A stretch of 64,000 nt of DNA. It comes from Chrysomallon squamiferum (lineage: Eukaryota; Animalia; Mollusca). The stretch covers positions 33,232,001 to 33,296,000 of the forward strand of contig CM022672.1 in the NCBI GenBank assembly GCA_012295275.1. Reading direction: 5' to 3'. Shown here in pieces: positions 17,051 to 30,061 of the stretch. Under the pieces are notes generated by a model. It had not been told where the DNA came from, ran no database searches, and was given only the letters and a program-made list of their open reading frames with translations. Within the stretch, counting starts at the first letter, position 1. Each line of letters starts with the position of its first letter. Both the position numbers and the translations under genes were made by a program.

Positions 17051-19750
17051 GATCTGCATGCAAGCAAGCTGAATCGTGGCACAGATATCAGTGGAATATC
17101 TGACAGTCCAGCTGATGGTAAGTGTTGATTCACACACATTGGAAAAAAACATCTAAAGATTAACTTTGTGAGATCTGTAAATGCAGATGTGGAAAGTTTT
17201 AAGTCAACAATCATCATAATAAAATAATAATGAAATACTACTACTAATAAAATGGTTATAATTAAAACAAGGTTTGAAGAGTATGGAAAGGATATAATCT
17301 GTTTATCATTTTTTCAAAAACCTTGGATTTAAAGTAAAACTATTTTCAGTGGAACTCAGTTTATGTGGAACAGATGAAGTGTTGGTTGAACCATTGATGA
17401 AAGTACATGGAAAGAATATCAGTGCTGCTTAAACCAGGTAGAAAACATTTATTTTAGTTACATCTGGTGTTCTAATAATGTAGTCAGTAATCTGTTCTTA
17501 AAACAGAAATTTGTGGTAATTATAATGAATTAACTGATAAAAATCCTTTTCTTTTCTTGTGTGGTTGTTTAGTACAGGAGTCTGGCTTAAAGATAATAAA
17601 GCAATGTTATGTATCAAATTTTGAAATGTTATTTTTAATGGCACATAATGATTCAAATTAGAAATTTAAATCTGGTGATTTCAAGTAATCTAAAATTGAT
17701 TATTTATCTTTGACAAATCTGCTGATTCTTCTTCAGACTGTCTTGGTTTTAGTTTTGGTCAGCAATGACTGTAGATTTTTGTTTGTAATAACTGACTGTC
17801 ACATGGTTTGTCCTCTGGGAAAACTCTTTATGTTATTTTCCATTCCAGACAGTTTTTCACAGCAGATGTATTGAAGTCTAAGCTGAGCATTTTTTGACAA
17901 ACAGGAAGATGAGACTGATATTTAGTTTGGGTTATTAGTAGTTCATGGTGCTTGCATAACACTAAACTATGACTTGTTTACTAACAAGTCTTGTTTGGTA
18001 ATTGCTACCAATCTTTTTATTACTTAAATTGTTTTGTGAACTTGTGACAGTCCAAACTTAACAACTAGTTCATCCATTTTCAAACACCTGTTTATGGGAA
18101 GGTGCATATAAAGGGTCGCTTGTTGCTAATTAGAATAACCCATTCATTATTTTTAGCTATATGTGTAGCTGCAATATAATGATTGAATTGAAGTGTTAAC
18201 TTCTCTCTATTTCCAGTAACTGAAGATTCTAAAGTAACAGAAAACCCATCAACTCCTACTGTACCTGATCCTATGAGCATCAGTCTGGGATAATTTGTCA
18301 GTTTCTTGTTTGTCTCTTTGAGGCTGTGATTTCTTTACATGTTCTGATCAGGCAGCACCAGATAAACCCAAATACATTTTTATACAACAATCAACCTTGT
18401 ATACATAACTTGGGATCCAGCTAAATAAAACTGAAAAACTGTAGTTTATTTCATTAATGTATTACAGTGGCACTTATGATTTTCAGTTTTGTTAATTGTA
18501 ATGTAATCTATGCTTTTGTGATAATTGTAATGTAATCTATGCGTTTATGATAATTGTAATGTAATCTATGCTTTTATGATAATTGTGCATATCAGACGAA
18601 GGTATATCTTATTGTAAAAAGAATTTTCAAAATTGATGAGTAGATGTATGCATGTGTGCACAAACACACACACTTATTTATTCAATTATTATGGTAAGAA
18701 CTTCTATACAAATTGGGGAATGTGCAGTTTAAATGTTTTGTTAATTGTTGCAGTAGTCGATGTTCCACATGTCCTGACAGTAAAGGAATTTCAACAGTTC
18801 AGCTACTGCCAGTTTCTCAGTCAGGGAATATCTGAAGTTATTTGATTTCCAGTCAGTCAGTCTTCAACTCAGACCCCCACATCAGAACAAAGCAACAGAT
18901 CATGCAACAAAGGAAAATGTTCAGAAGCAAGTTTGTTTCTGGAGAGATTTTGTAAGATGCAGTCTCAGTGACATGGTCTGAGGAAGATGAAATTAATTAA
19001 TACCTCTTCAAGATTTGTATCACTAAATAAAACTTTTCATTTGTGTTAGTAATAGAGATGTTCTTGCTGAACTTATGTTTGGTGTTGTTTTGTTAGCCAT
19101 TTTTGTGAAGTTTCCATAGTAAAGAAACAGAATAGTAAAACAGAATTCCATCTTGGACATAAATCATTTTCTGTTGTTTAGAGTTTTTCTTTAGTCAATG
19201 GATAAATCATTTTTTATATATTTTTTTTTTGTTGTTGTTTTCTTTTAGTTCTTTGTTTTGTAAATATCTATAACAATGAATTATTGAATTGCAGTGTTTT
19301 ACCAGTTTCTGTTTCAGAGAAAGAATTAAAAGATATGAACAGTTGAGAACAGCTGAGAGAGTTACTGCCCATACATTCGTGGTCAAAAAACCACATCCAT
19401 TTTAGAAATGACTTTTGATTATTTGAAGATAATGAACTCTGCCTTTACTCAGGATTTTCAGATGCAAGTATGTTATTACAACTTTTTAAAATTACCTGCC
19501 TGAAATATTTATATTCACTGAAAATGAAAAATAATGATTTTTAACAGCTTAAATTTCAGCAGAGAAAGAATCAAAAATAGCTGTGAATAGGATTTTCACA
19601 CTCAAGTAAATAATTACAACTGTTTAAAACTGTTAATGAAAAAAATTATCATATTGAAAATTTGTCTTCAGTGGAAATGAAAAATAATTATTTTAACAGC
19701 TTCATTTTGAGTTTGTAAAGGTTAGAATTACTTCTTATTAAAAACATTTA

Positions 19751-19787
<37 letters not shown>

Positions 19788-20522
19788 TTAATTTCCAAGT
19801 TATTAATGGAACAAGAGATGTTGCAAGTCCAACCAGACTGAAAACCATTGGTTCAGGAAGAGCCACAAGGACAGCAACACCAATTACAGCTACTGCTACA
19901 ACAACTACTGCTACTTCACCAGTCACTGGTGTCAAAAGAGGTGTTTTGTAGAATATTATTAACAAAAACGGTATTATATGGCAAAAACAAATACTTGAAA
20001 CTTTTGGCCATAGGCAATCTCTTATCTTGAAAACAGTTTTTTTCAAAACATAAATTTCAGTTGTATTTTCATAATGTTGTATTTGTAGCAAATGCTTTAC
20101 ACTATTAAAACAATCTATCAGTGGTATAAATTGTTTTTTAAAATTTTGTTGATGGTTAACATTCTCATGTGTGCATGGATTTTCTTTCAGTTTGGATAAG
20201 GTTCTTTTTCACTGAATATTTATCATCAGTAAAGTTAATGCTCATATTCTACTGATGCAGACATTATTAGCAAATTTCTTCAATGTGTACAAACAGCCCA
20301 AGATCATTTTGTATATTTTAAAATTAAATATTATGTGTTGTAAAGCAATAATTGTTATAACTGAAAAAAGGAAAGAAAAAAGATCAGTCAGTATGATCAC
20401 TTCATATTTTTTATTGCATAGATGTAACTGAAACTTACCAACTGAAACCAGCAAAACATAATTCATCTTTCAAATGAAGTGACAACACAGCTGATGTTGA
20501 AAGAACCGAAAATCCAGGTAGA

Positions 20523-20570
<48 letters not shown>

Positions 20571-21021
20571 GATAATTATTCATACAGTATTGTTGTTGAA
20601 AATATAAAAAAAAAACAAGAATATGTTAAACATTAATAGAATTTACCTGAATCGTAATAGCCAGCTGTTAAATTATGGCTTAGATAATTCCTCTGTGTGT
20701 ATATATGTATATGTGTGTGTGTATGTGTGTGTGTGTGTGTGTGTGTGCGTGCAATCATTTTTTTATTTTTGCCACTGTATATCATATGTTTTGTCTTCTT
20801 TTCTTTTTCATGATTACACATTCTTTTTTTCTTTCATTCTTTTTCTTGTTCCAGATCCCACACTGTATATAATATTACATTGTATATTGTATTGTATTTT
20901 TAAACCTTTGTTAAAAATAAAATTTATATCTGTAACTTACCTGTTTGTTTTTGTATCTTCTGTGTGTGTGTGTGTGTGTGTACTCAGTGACATAGCTGGA
21001 AGGGAAACAAGGTCACCATGA
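17051..21021 (+). pseudogene. Disrupted SOHLH-like (spermatogenesis/oogenesis-specific) bHLH gene
   Basis: The exon near 18852-18927 encodes ..ATDHATKE-(frameshift)-RR. The exon 19318-19467 (tttcag| ... |gtatgt) encodes RERIK-(indel/stop)-EQLRELLP-(+1)-YIRGQKTTSILEMTFDYLKIM, matching the SOHLH2 bHLH pattern HSSKEKLRRERIK..CEQLRTLLPYVKGRK...SVLEATVDYVK as recalled. Other exon-like AG..GT segments lie at 17051-17117, 17350-17437, 18217-, 19799-19941 and 20422-20517, several with stops. Outer boundaries are approximate. Confidence 0.65.
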
Positions 21022-23095
21022 ACATATTCTTAAAAAACAAAAATGGTGTATTCAAAAATATTTAAACTCATTAATACAAATAAAAGTCATATGTATATTA
21101 GTTCTTATTTATTTCTTATTTATTTATTTTATTTTATTTATTATTATTATGATGATTATTATTATTATTGTATATTTATTTATTTATTTATTCAGTCATT
21201 CATTAATTTATTTATTTATTTTATTATTATTTTTTTTATTTATACATTTATTTATTTATTTATCTACTTTTATCACAATGCTAAGTAAGAATTTTCTGGA
21301 CTTGTTACTTTTTTTGACCAAACTCTCGTTGTTTTGAACTGAGTGCGTCTGCTCAATGGTTGACAAGTATAGACTGGGTTATTGCTGCACTCCACTGAAA
21401 GAAAACCAATCAAAAACATAATTATAATAAAGTAACAGATATTGCTACAGAATGAAGCCTAGACCAAAAAGAGACTTGTAGTTGAATCATATAATTTACA
21501 CATGTTTAGTTTTTGTTATACGTTTAAAATTAAATTATATAACATACATGTTTTTAAATATGTTTTTATTATCCTTCATTTTTAAATTGTATCTTGGTTT
21601 TAAATAAGAATATATAATGACACATTTTTCTTAAAAGTGTTCTCTCTCACCTTATCATTAAGGTTAGTATGGCAATGGTGAAGTTATTTCCTTTCAAATA
21701 TTTACATAATTTTGCTTCTAAATAAATACATAGAATTTTAACACAGTCTTTATATAACACAGAAAAATAATAATAATAAAAAAAAAAAATTAAAACTAGA
21801 ATTTTAATACAGGCTTTATTTATCAATACATTTTATTTTGTGGTTTTACCAAGACAAAGTATTTTAGACTTACACATATTAAACTTTTTTATCAGTAGTC
21901 AGAGTTTGCAGTTACAAATTGACTCAACAGACTGAGCAACACGAACCGTTACAGTAATACCAACTGCATGCTGAAATAAAGAATTAAATTTGTTTTTCTA
22001 AATCCATTATTCTTATTAAAAAATGAGGGTTCTAGCATCAACAGCATAAAGCATCGTGAAAATCTGACATCGTTTTTTTTTTTTTTTTTTTTTGTAATAT
22101 AAAGAAAGGTTTTAATGTCTGTTAATCTTGACACAACTTTTTATATCATTATTGTGTACTGTAAGCCAATGATTTTTTTTCGTTTACATAACTTTTAATA
22201 TAAGACTATCTGACATCCTAAGAAAGATTTTTCTTATCAGTTTTATCAATAAACCTTTCTTCATTATTTAACTCAGCAATATCTATACTGACATAATGTT
22301 GTCAGCAATGTATCTTCCACACAAAAAGGTTAGACCAAATTATCTACACCAAAACTTGTTTAAGATGATCAGCTAGAACTCTGGAAATAACTGTATAATG
22401 CAAAATAAGGATTTACTAAAGCTAAAAGACTAAAAGGTCTGAAATAGTTAAAATATGTTTATCTTTTCTTTTTCTTTTTTCTTTTTCTTTTTTATTTGCA
22501 GAAAATAAATAAATAAAATTAATAACTTCATTTTTCATTTATCTGACAACCTTTCCTCATTTTGAATTGACATAATTATTTAAGAAACAAAATCATAAAA
22601 TTATCCCAGAATTAAATAGTTAGACAATCCATACCAGAAAATGTATTTCCATTCATTTCTTTTAATGATATATATATATATATATTAATTCTTTAATCAT
22701 TATATTTTTTAATCATACATTGTTTTCTATTTTCTGAATGCTTCATTTTATTTGATATTAAATTTGTTATTTATTCCTTTTAAATAATATATTTTTTTTA
22801 ATTTTTTTTTTTGTGATTGTAATTAAGAATTATAAAATCATGAAATTATTTTAATATATCAGTTTTTTCATTTAATCTGTTTGCCACAGTTGGTTCTTTT
22901 GCTGATTTTGATTCCTGTTCAGGGAGTAGTAAATAAAAAGAAAAAGAAAAAACAAGAATTTTTGTTTAAATTCTGTTGCATGTTAAAATTTAATATTGTA
23001 TTAAACATTTATCCTCAATCATTAATGTGCTCAAAGCACGAAAAAACCCTCAAAAACCCAATAAAAAAACACAAAAACAACAACAACAACAAAAA

Positions 23096-23134
<39 letters not shown>

Positions 23135-23881
23135 AATAAAATAAAATAAAATAAAATAAAATAAAATAAAGTAATGTAAAATAAAAAAATAAAACAAATA
23201 TATCAAAATTCCTCTGTATTTTCAACCAAGCCTGATACAGTTATCGTTCCTGATTAGCTTCATTTAACAAGAGTACAAACCTCTCTAAAATATATATATT
23301 TTTTTTTTTATTGCTCCGTCTTATTTCAAAATATGCACTACACATATATATCTCCTTCAACACACACACACACACACACACATACACACACACACACACA
23401 CAGACACACACACACACACACACACTATTGTTACAATGTCTTGGTTATGACGTATTGTCTGAGTTCGCGTTTACAAAACGTCACATCTCCCTAACATGTC
23501 TAAGTGTGTAGCTTAGTGTGAACTTGTATTAACATAGTCGCTAAGTAATAGAATTAAAAAAAAAAAGCAACAAAACACAACATTATAAGAAATTAATCTT
23601 TCTTTAGTGGTTGACATAAAACCAGAATCCGATTTTATTTAATTATTTTTCTTTTGTTTTGTTTGTTTGTTTGTTTGTTTGTTTCTTCTTCTTCTTAATT
23701 AATTAATTAATTTATTTATTCATTTGTTTTTTGTATATAACTTTTTTTTTTTTTTTTTTTTATTACAATAATATATAGAGCTCAGGTTAATTTTTTTAAT
23801 TTCCTTTAAAAAAATTTCATTTTATTTATAATCTTTTTATTGTCAAAATTTTTATTTTTAAATTTCTTACAGTAATCTTAC

Positions 23882-23936
23882 CTTTAACCGCTGTTTCTAA
23901 ACAAAGGAAACAAAACACAAAGAAGACGACAATCAT
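23882..23936 (-). pseudogene. Orphan signal-peptide exon of the Cys-peptide-Hint family (unit D)
   Basis: MIVVFFVFCFLCLETAVK-G|GTAAG. It is 55 nt with the same length, phase and FVFCFL core as exon 1 of the intact genes. No Cys-rich or Hint exons were found downstream. Confidence 0.7.
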
Positions 23937-24302
23937 GACAGTAAAAACATAGAATTTAGCTTCACCAGATTTCTCTCCCCTAATATTAAAAATAAACGTG
24001 CGATTATTTAAGTATTTTCCTTTTTCTTTTCTTCTTTTTAGATAAATTCGCCTGGATTCAGATATGAAGAAAAATTCGGAAAAAAACCCCCACAAAAACA
24101 AACAAAAAAACCAACAAAAAACACCAAACAAAAAACCCCAAAACAAAACAATAATAATAAAAATAAAAATAAAGAAAAAAGTAAATTGAAACAATCATCT
24201 GTAAATAGGCAACAATTTTTGTATATTCCGATTGATACTATAATTCCGCTTCTTTAATTTAATTTAATTTAATTTAATTTTTATTTATTTATTCTTCTTC
24301 TT

Positions 24303-24375
<73 letters not shown>

Positions 24376-25608
24376 TGGAGTAAAAAAAGAAATGATCTTG
24401 TTACAGTTGTTATTATTGTCCCCATTATTATTGTTGCTGTCGCTGTTGTTGTTATTACTATTATTTACTATTACAGTCATACCTTGACTTACGACTATCC
24501 CTACATACGAGTTTTCCGAATTAAGAAGAGCTGCTGGGTCGAATTTTTGCTTTGAGTTGCGAGCCGAAATCCGAATTACGAGCTAGATTCAGATTCACCT
24601 CCGCTAGTTGGCTAAACGAACAACACAGCATACTGCGTCTCACTCGTTTACGTCACGTGATTACCTCGCCGTGGATGCATGTCTGTTGTGTTGTGCACGC
24701 GTTTTGTGCTGTATTTGGCCAAATTTCTTTCTCCTGACCATGAATCCTAAGAAAGTGAGTGAAAAGGACAGTGCTGAGAAGAAGAAGCGGATGATGTCCA
24801 TTGAATTAAGGCATGAAATCATAGAAAAATATGAGACGAGCATAGTTCGTCTGCGATATGTAGTCGATAAAGGCATTAATTCCAGCCAAAGGCGTAAAAT
24901 TAATTTGTCTGATTTCTAAAATAAATACAGTTTACGAAATTGCCGCAACGACTAGCATCCCGTGCAGTACGAGCATGGTGGAAACAGCTCTGTTCTACGA
25001 TATGTTACCATACTGAGTGCAAGGGACAAATGATGTCGATAAAGGCCATGTTCAATTCCAGCCAAAGGCGTAAAATTAATTTGGTCTGATTACCCAAAGG
25101 CCTCAAAATAAATACAGTTTACGAAACCAGTTTATTTTGTACAGACTTATTCGGAAGTATAATAACCATATATGGAACACTGCGCAGTTTCATTCATCGA
25201 ATGTTCTTCTATCCTTATATAGTAAAACCACGTGACTTGGGAAAGTATAAATATACGTTCATTTCAGGCGTCTTTCATCACATCATCAGAATTGCCGAAG
25301 GGATGCTGCAGCCCATTTCAGTGAGTATTAAAATTCATTACTAGTTTTGTCGGATTCTGTTAATCGTAGACGTCTTCCCGCAGAGTTGTAAATATCAGTG
25401 TAGATATCATTTATTCATTGTAAAAAAACATTTTATTTATTATATTCGTTGGCTGTGATAAAAACACGTTGCAAAAGACTGTGTATAAAACATCTAAAAA
25501 CCACCAACAGAAAGGAGATTAAAAAGCTGCTGTATTTTTCTGTCCTCTTCTCGAACAGAGATCGTTCATCTCTTGTCTTTTTGTGTTTTTCGATCCAGGA
25601 TCCATTGA

Positions 25609-26259
25609 GTGATTACGTCCCGCCCTAACGACAATAGAGTAATGATTGTAATACTCCGTAAAGTCTTTTTTATATTCCAGGAAGACGAAGAGTGGCAGTT
25701 TAAGAAGATTTATCTCGTTCCTATCGAAATAGAAAATTACGACAAAAGTGGCGAATCTGTACAACTGTCTGAAACATGCCTTACGAAAGCTACAAACATC
25801 GAGTTCAACAACACCACGTTGTACTCGACTGCTAAACCTGCTCTTCACAGTTTTATTGTGGACGCCGTTGAACGGTTTGGTGTACATCTACTTCCTTATC
25901 AAGTTTATTCTATTGAGACAGAAGAAACGTGCGATCCAGGTCAGCCAGAGACTGTTTTACTCTACGACCCAGAGTGGGAAGAACTCGACGAGTGGCTAGA
26001 CCGATATCTGCCTGATCTGCAGCACATCATTCAGGAAAAAGAAAACAAATACCAACATGTCGTTATCAAAGATGGAGTCATTAGTCACAGAGAGTTTCTA
26101 CCATGTAGTGATAAAATGCAACCAGGAAAAAGTCCAGGACTGCGAGATGCACGAGAAACTTCTTCACCCGAAATACTACGAACCTCAAACGGAAATGACG
26201 GAAGAAGATGGCAGAGTGAAGATTTACCAGAAAAGAGTTTTTACTCAAACTATGGATGA
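25609..26259 (+). CDS. Cargo ORF-b of unknown function (acidic), overlapping the Rep-like ORF in another frame
   Basis: 216-aa open frame, also open in copy 2 (33574-34380). A ttccag| acceptor at 25680 suggests a spliced start. Confidence 0.55.
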   Translation: MITSRPNDNRVMIVILRKVFFIFQEDEEWQFKKIYLVPIEIENYDKSGESVQLSETCLTKATNIEFNNTTLYSTAKPALHSFIVDAVERFGVHLLPYQVYSIETEETCDPGQPETVLLYDPEWEELDEWLDRYLPDLQHIIQEKENKYQHVVIKDGVISHREFLPCSDKMQPGKSPGLRDARETSSPEILRTSNGNDGRRWQSEDLPEKSFYSNYG

Positions 26260-26425
26260 GCAACATCTTGATAATCGTGTTCCTTCTGATAATGACGAGG
26301 AAGACTATGATGATGAATGGGCTGCTTGGAAAAACCAGATGAGCCGAGGAAAGATACAACATGAAAAACGATCTGTACAAGACGTCATAATGCAAATGTT
26401 GAAACTTGGACAAATTAGACGTTGA
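26057..26425 (+). pseudogene. Parvovirus Rep/NS1-like ORF with an internal deletion
   Basis: MESLVTESFYHVVIKC... is collinear with 32940-33776 but lacks 156 codons, including the HIHLV and IYLQR motifs. Confidence 0.6.
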
Positions 26426-27385
26426 TACTGAAGATGAACTGTGTCAAAACGAGTGTGAAATGCTCGCTGATGAACCAGTAAGAAATTCTCGAGAGTCTAA
26501 CATTGAGACTCTCATTCGCCTTGACGAGAAAAGAAATGTTTGAGGAAACTGTTATCAATGAGCCTCAACCTCTACTAGAAACTGAAGAATATGTTTGAAG
26601 TATTAACAGTAGATGATTGTTTTAAAAGCAAAAAGCTTTTCAACAAATACTTTTTAGCCTTTTATTAGAGTATAGTTAGATATTTGGATTTTCATTGATT
26701 GGAAATGTTTGCTTCAATTTAACCATTTTGTTGAATATTTTAATAATAAATATTAGTAGCCAGTTTTATGTTATTTTGGTTTAAGTAAAATTAACAAATG
26801 CAGATATGCTACTTTTATTACTATTTTTTTCACCAGTTTTGTTTTTAAGTTTTGACAGAAACATTTGTATTTCGAAAAATGTTTATTTCGGATTTTAATA
26901 CTAAGAATAAAAGAAAATAACAAAGACTTACGTTTTATGTAATTTTTTTTTATTGCATGAAGACAGCAGAAACAGTATCCAGGTACGGTTTTGTTAATTA
27001 TTAATCATCTTGATCATTAACATGTTGATCATCATCATCATCATCACTATCAAATATTAAATCCCATCTACCTTTTCAACCTGTATAATGTTTCCAAAAG
27101 TCACAAGTGTTTGACAAAAATTTAATCTGAAGAAAACGTCTTGGATTAAAGAAAAACGATCCATTTCTTATGTTAAAGTTTTTTAAGTCAGTTAAAATAA
27201 TCAATTTATCAACAGCTTTTAAATTTTCTATCCTCTTTAATAAAATCGTCTCGTTGGATATCCTAACATATCACACAATGAATCATCATTCTTCCCTAGG
27301 TTTTAAGATTTTGATGCATATGAATATCTTGTAATAATTTTCTTCTTATATTTAACATGATTCTTCTGTAATGGTGTGGAATGTC

Positions 27386-27770
27386 TCATTGTGGGCCAAA
27401 AGCAATTCCATGTTGATTATTTAATATGTACTGGCCAGTAGCATTACAAACACCAGGTGTATTCTTAGGTGTATCGATAACAGTTGAATCCAACCAACGT
27501 CTTTTCCTTTGTCTTGGAGGTGGTAACGAAGGAGTAGGAGTAACAGGAGGTACTCTACTTTGATATACTGTATCATGTGTATCCGGTGGTTGACGAGTAG
27601 TATCTGCGTATCTTGATATTGCCGAGTCTTGTAACTGAGCTTTTGAGTCTCGTACATCTTTATCACAAGAAGGTGGCTGTAAAACGGAAGCCTTGTGATA
27701 TTTGGTCACGTGATCCATAAATGTCTTACACATAAATCGTTGATATCGATCTTGTCCGTCGTTATCCTTG
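27386..27770 (-). CDS. Cargo counter-strand ORF with a Pro-rich segment and NLS-like RQRKRRW (copy 1)
   Basis: Homologous to 31480-31932. Its ATG is altered to ATC and it stops earlier. Confidence 0.45.
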
Positions 27771-28261
27771 ATGTATAAATTTTATGAAAACAATAAAATA
27801 AATTACTAAAATGAAAGGCAAACGTTCTTTTTCACAATTTAAAATAAACTAAAATAAATTAATAAAATCTGATTTATATTCTTTTAGAATGGAAAATATA
27901 TAACTATTTCAGGAAGTTGTGCAATGGAGCAAATTACAGAATAACAAATAAGTATACATACTCAATTATTTCCCTTTAATTAGTTAAATTCTGATTATTC
28001 AGGTTGGAGAGGTAACTCCTCCAGCGAGTTCTCTCCCTTCAGTTACACATTACACGGAATTATGACAAGAAATTAATAAATAAAAGACATAACATAAAAA
28101 GACGGACATCAACAAAAAGACGACGTCACTTCGTTGAAAAAGACGTTGATAGGACTTTGAAGATCCCGGTCTCCGACCTCTTCCTTGAAGTCTGGTAAGT
28201 GTATGTCTGGATCACTAGTGTGATGTATGCATGGCTAAAAGATAGTGATGTATCATAAGAC

Positions 28262-28420
28262 TTTCACCTGAAGGATTTACCTTGTGTTTAGACTAACCTG
28301 AAAACAACCTGAAGATGTTACCTTGTCCTGAAAACACCCGAAGACACACCTGAAGATGTTACCTTTTCTTAAGATCACCTGAAGTCTTACATGAAGATGA
28401 TGCCCTCGATGCCCCCGGTA
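28262..28420 (+). repeat. CCTGAAGA-based direct repeats at the cargo end (mirror at 30794-30960)
   Basis: About nine copies of (CA)CCTGAA(G/A)A, ending in GATGCCC.CGATGCCCCC, directly abutting the Tigger right arm. Confidence 0.85.
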
Positions 28421-30011
28421 TTTATAAATACCTTTTTTTTTTTTATTTATTTACAAAGACGTTAGAAAATATTTGGGTGGAACGGATTAATGGTATTTCC
28501 GTCAATTTCAGTTGCCAGTCATGATTTGATATACGAGCAAATTGAGTTACGAGCTCAGTCATGGGACGAATTAAACTGGTAAGTCAACGTACAAATGTAT
28601 GTATATATGGAATTGTGTTTTAGTAGTATACAGTAGATTATTGATAAATGTTCACTGTCTTCATTTAATAGCAAATGTTTCAAAATGACAGACATGAAAC
28701 CTTAAATGTCATTAGTATGAAACTGTTAAGATTTATAGGACAGTGATGTGCATTAAACAGTTAAAGATTCATATGAACTCTTAGATGTTATTAATTATTA
28801 AAATATATGTTTATCAGGAAAACTTACTAACTGTAAGATCGAGTCTTTCTTTTCTTTACTTAAAAATAACAAATAACAGCTGATTTGTGAACTGAACGTC
28901 ATTATTCAGCTCTGACAGAAAATTCTTATGGAAATATTTATTGGTAATAAATGTTATAATACAGGATTCACGCTAGCTGGCAACATGGACGAAATACTTT
29001 CCCTTTTGTACCACCACTATACAGCTACTACTGACACACTGCAACGATTACAATAAACAGCAGCTACTAGCACACACTACGACTACCTCTAACACAGCTA
29101 CTACTAGGACGCTACTACTAAGTGTAAGATGCAATGACAGTATTTTCTGGTAGTAAGTGTTTTAATACAGGGTTCTCGCTGGTCGGTGAGTTGGTGAAAT
29201 ACTCGCTGTTTTGTACTAAACTTCGCCTTTGTTTTAACCCACGGCGCAGTTTTAAGTTGCCTTCTTTTCTTTTCTTTTCTTTCTTTCATTCTGTCTTTTT
29301 TTTATTTATCTGTTTATTTATTTGTTTATTACTGTTTTAAATAGATCAGTCGGAAGCTGAAAGTATCGACACATTTTGTCTCCGTTTTGTTCACAATCAC
29401 TTGAACCCATTTTGCCAGATGACTTCCGTTATTTCCGGCAGATCATAATTATTAAAAGATCATGTGACCAAATGTATGAATGGCTGCAAAAATTCGTTGT
29501 TTTACTGTTTTCATTCGTGTTTGACAGCAAACACAGGTTTTTAAAACTTTTATATAAAACAAAATTAATGGCTGTACAGAATTCAATGTACAGTAAAGAA
29601 TACAATTAACACGCCAACGAGCTTCTGTGAAACAATTTTACTACTTATGGCATTGGTCTCTACAAAATATTTTGATAAATATTTTATTAGAAACAGAAGA
29701 TCGATGTAGACATGTTTGTTACAATATCTTGGTTATGACGTATTGTCTGAGTTCGTCTTTACAAAACGTCACATCACCCTCATACATGTCTAAGTGTGTA
29801 ACTTAGCGTGAACCTTGTATTAACACAGTCGCTGAGAAATAGTAACAAAATAATAATTAGAAAAAATTAATCTTGCTTTAGTGATTTACATAAATCCAGA
29901 ATACGATTTTATATATTTATTTATTTTAATTTTATTTAATTTTCTATTATTATTATTATTTATTTATTTATTTATTATTATTATTATTTCTTTTTTTAGC
30001 AGTGATCTTAC

Positions 30012-30061
30012 CTTTAACCTCTGCTTCTAAACAAAGGAAACACAAAGCAGACGACTCTCAT
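30012..30061 (-). pseudogene. Frameshifted signal-peptide exon of the Cys-peptide-Hint family (unit C)
   Basis: Near-identical to 23882-23936 but 5 nt shorter (MRVVCFVF-frameshift), with the G|GTAAG donor retained. The flanking 29718-30600 aligns with 23429-24255. Confidence 0.75.

Larger units (their letters stand above)
24474..28597 (+). mobile_element. Tigger/pogo non-autonomous DNA transposon, copy 1, with virus-like cargo
   Basis: TA|CAGTCATACCTTGACTTACGA ... TGGTAAGTCAACGTACAAATG|TA, i.e. degenerate ~22-bp TIRs with TA flanks. A transposase N-terminal CENP-B-type HTH relic (MNPKKVSEKDSAEKKKRMMSIELRHEIIEKYE) starts at 24740. Cargo spans ~25145-28420. Confidence 0.88.

Noticed and set aside
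24608-24919. Functional TIGD/Tigger transposase gene
   Set aside because: Only ~30-60 N-terminal codons are present in any of the three copies, with no DDE domain.
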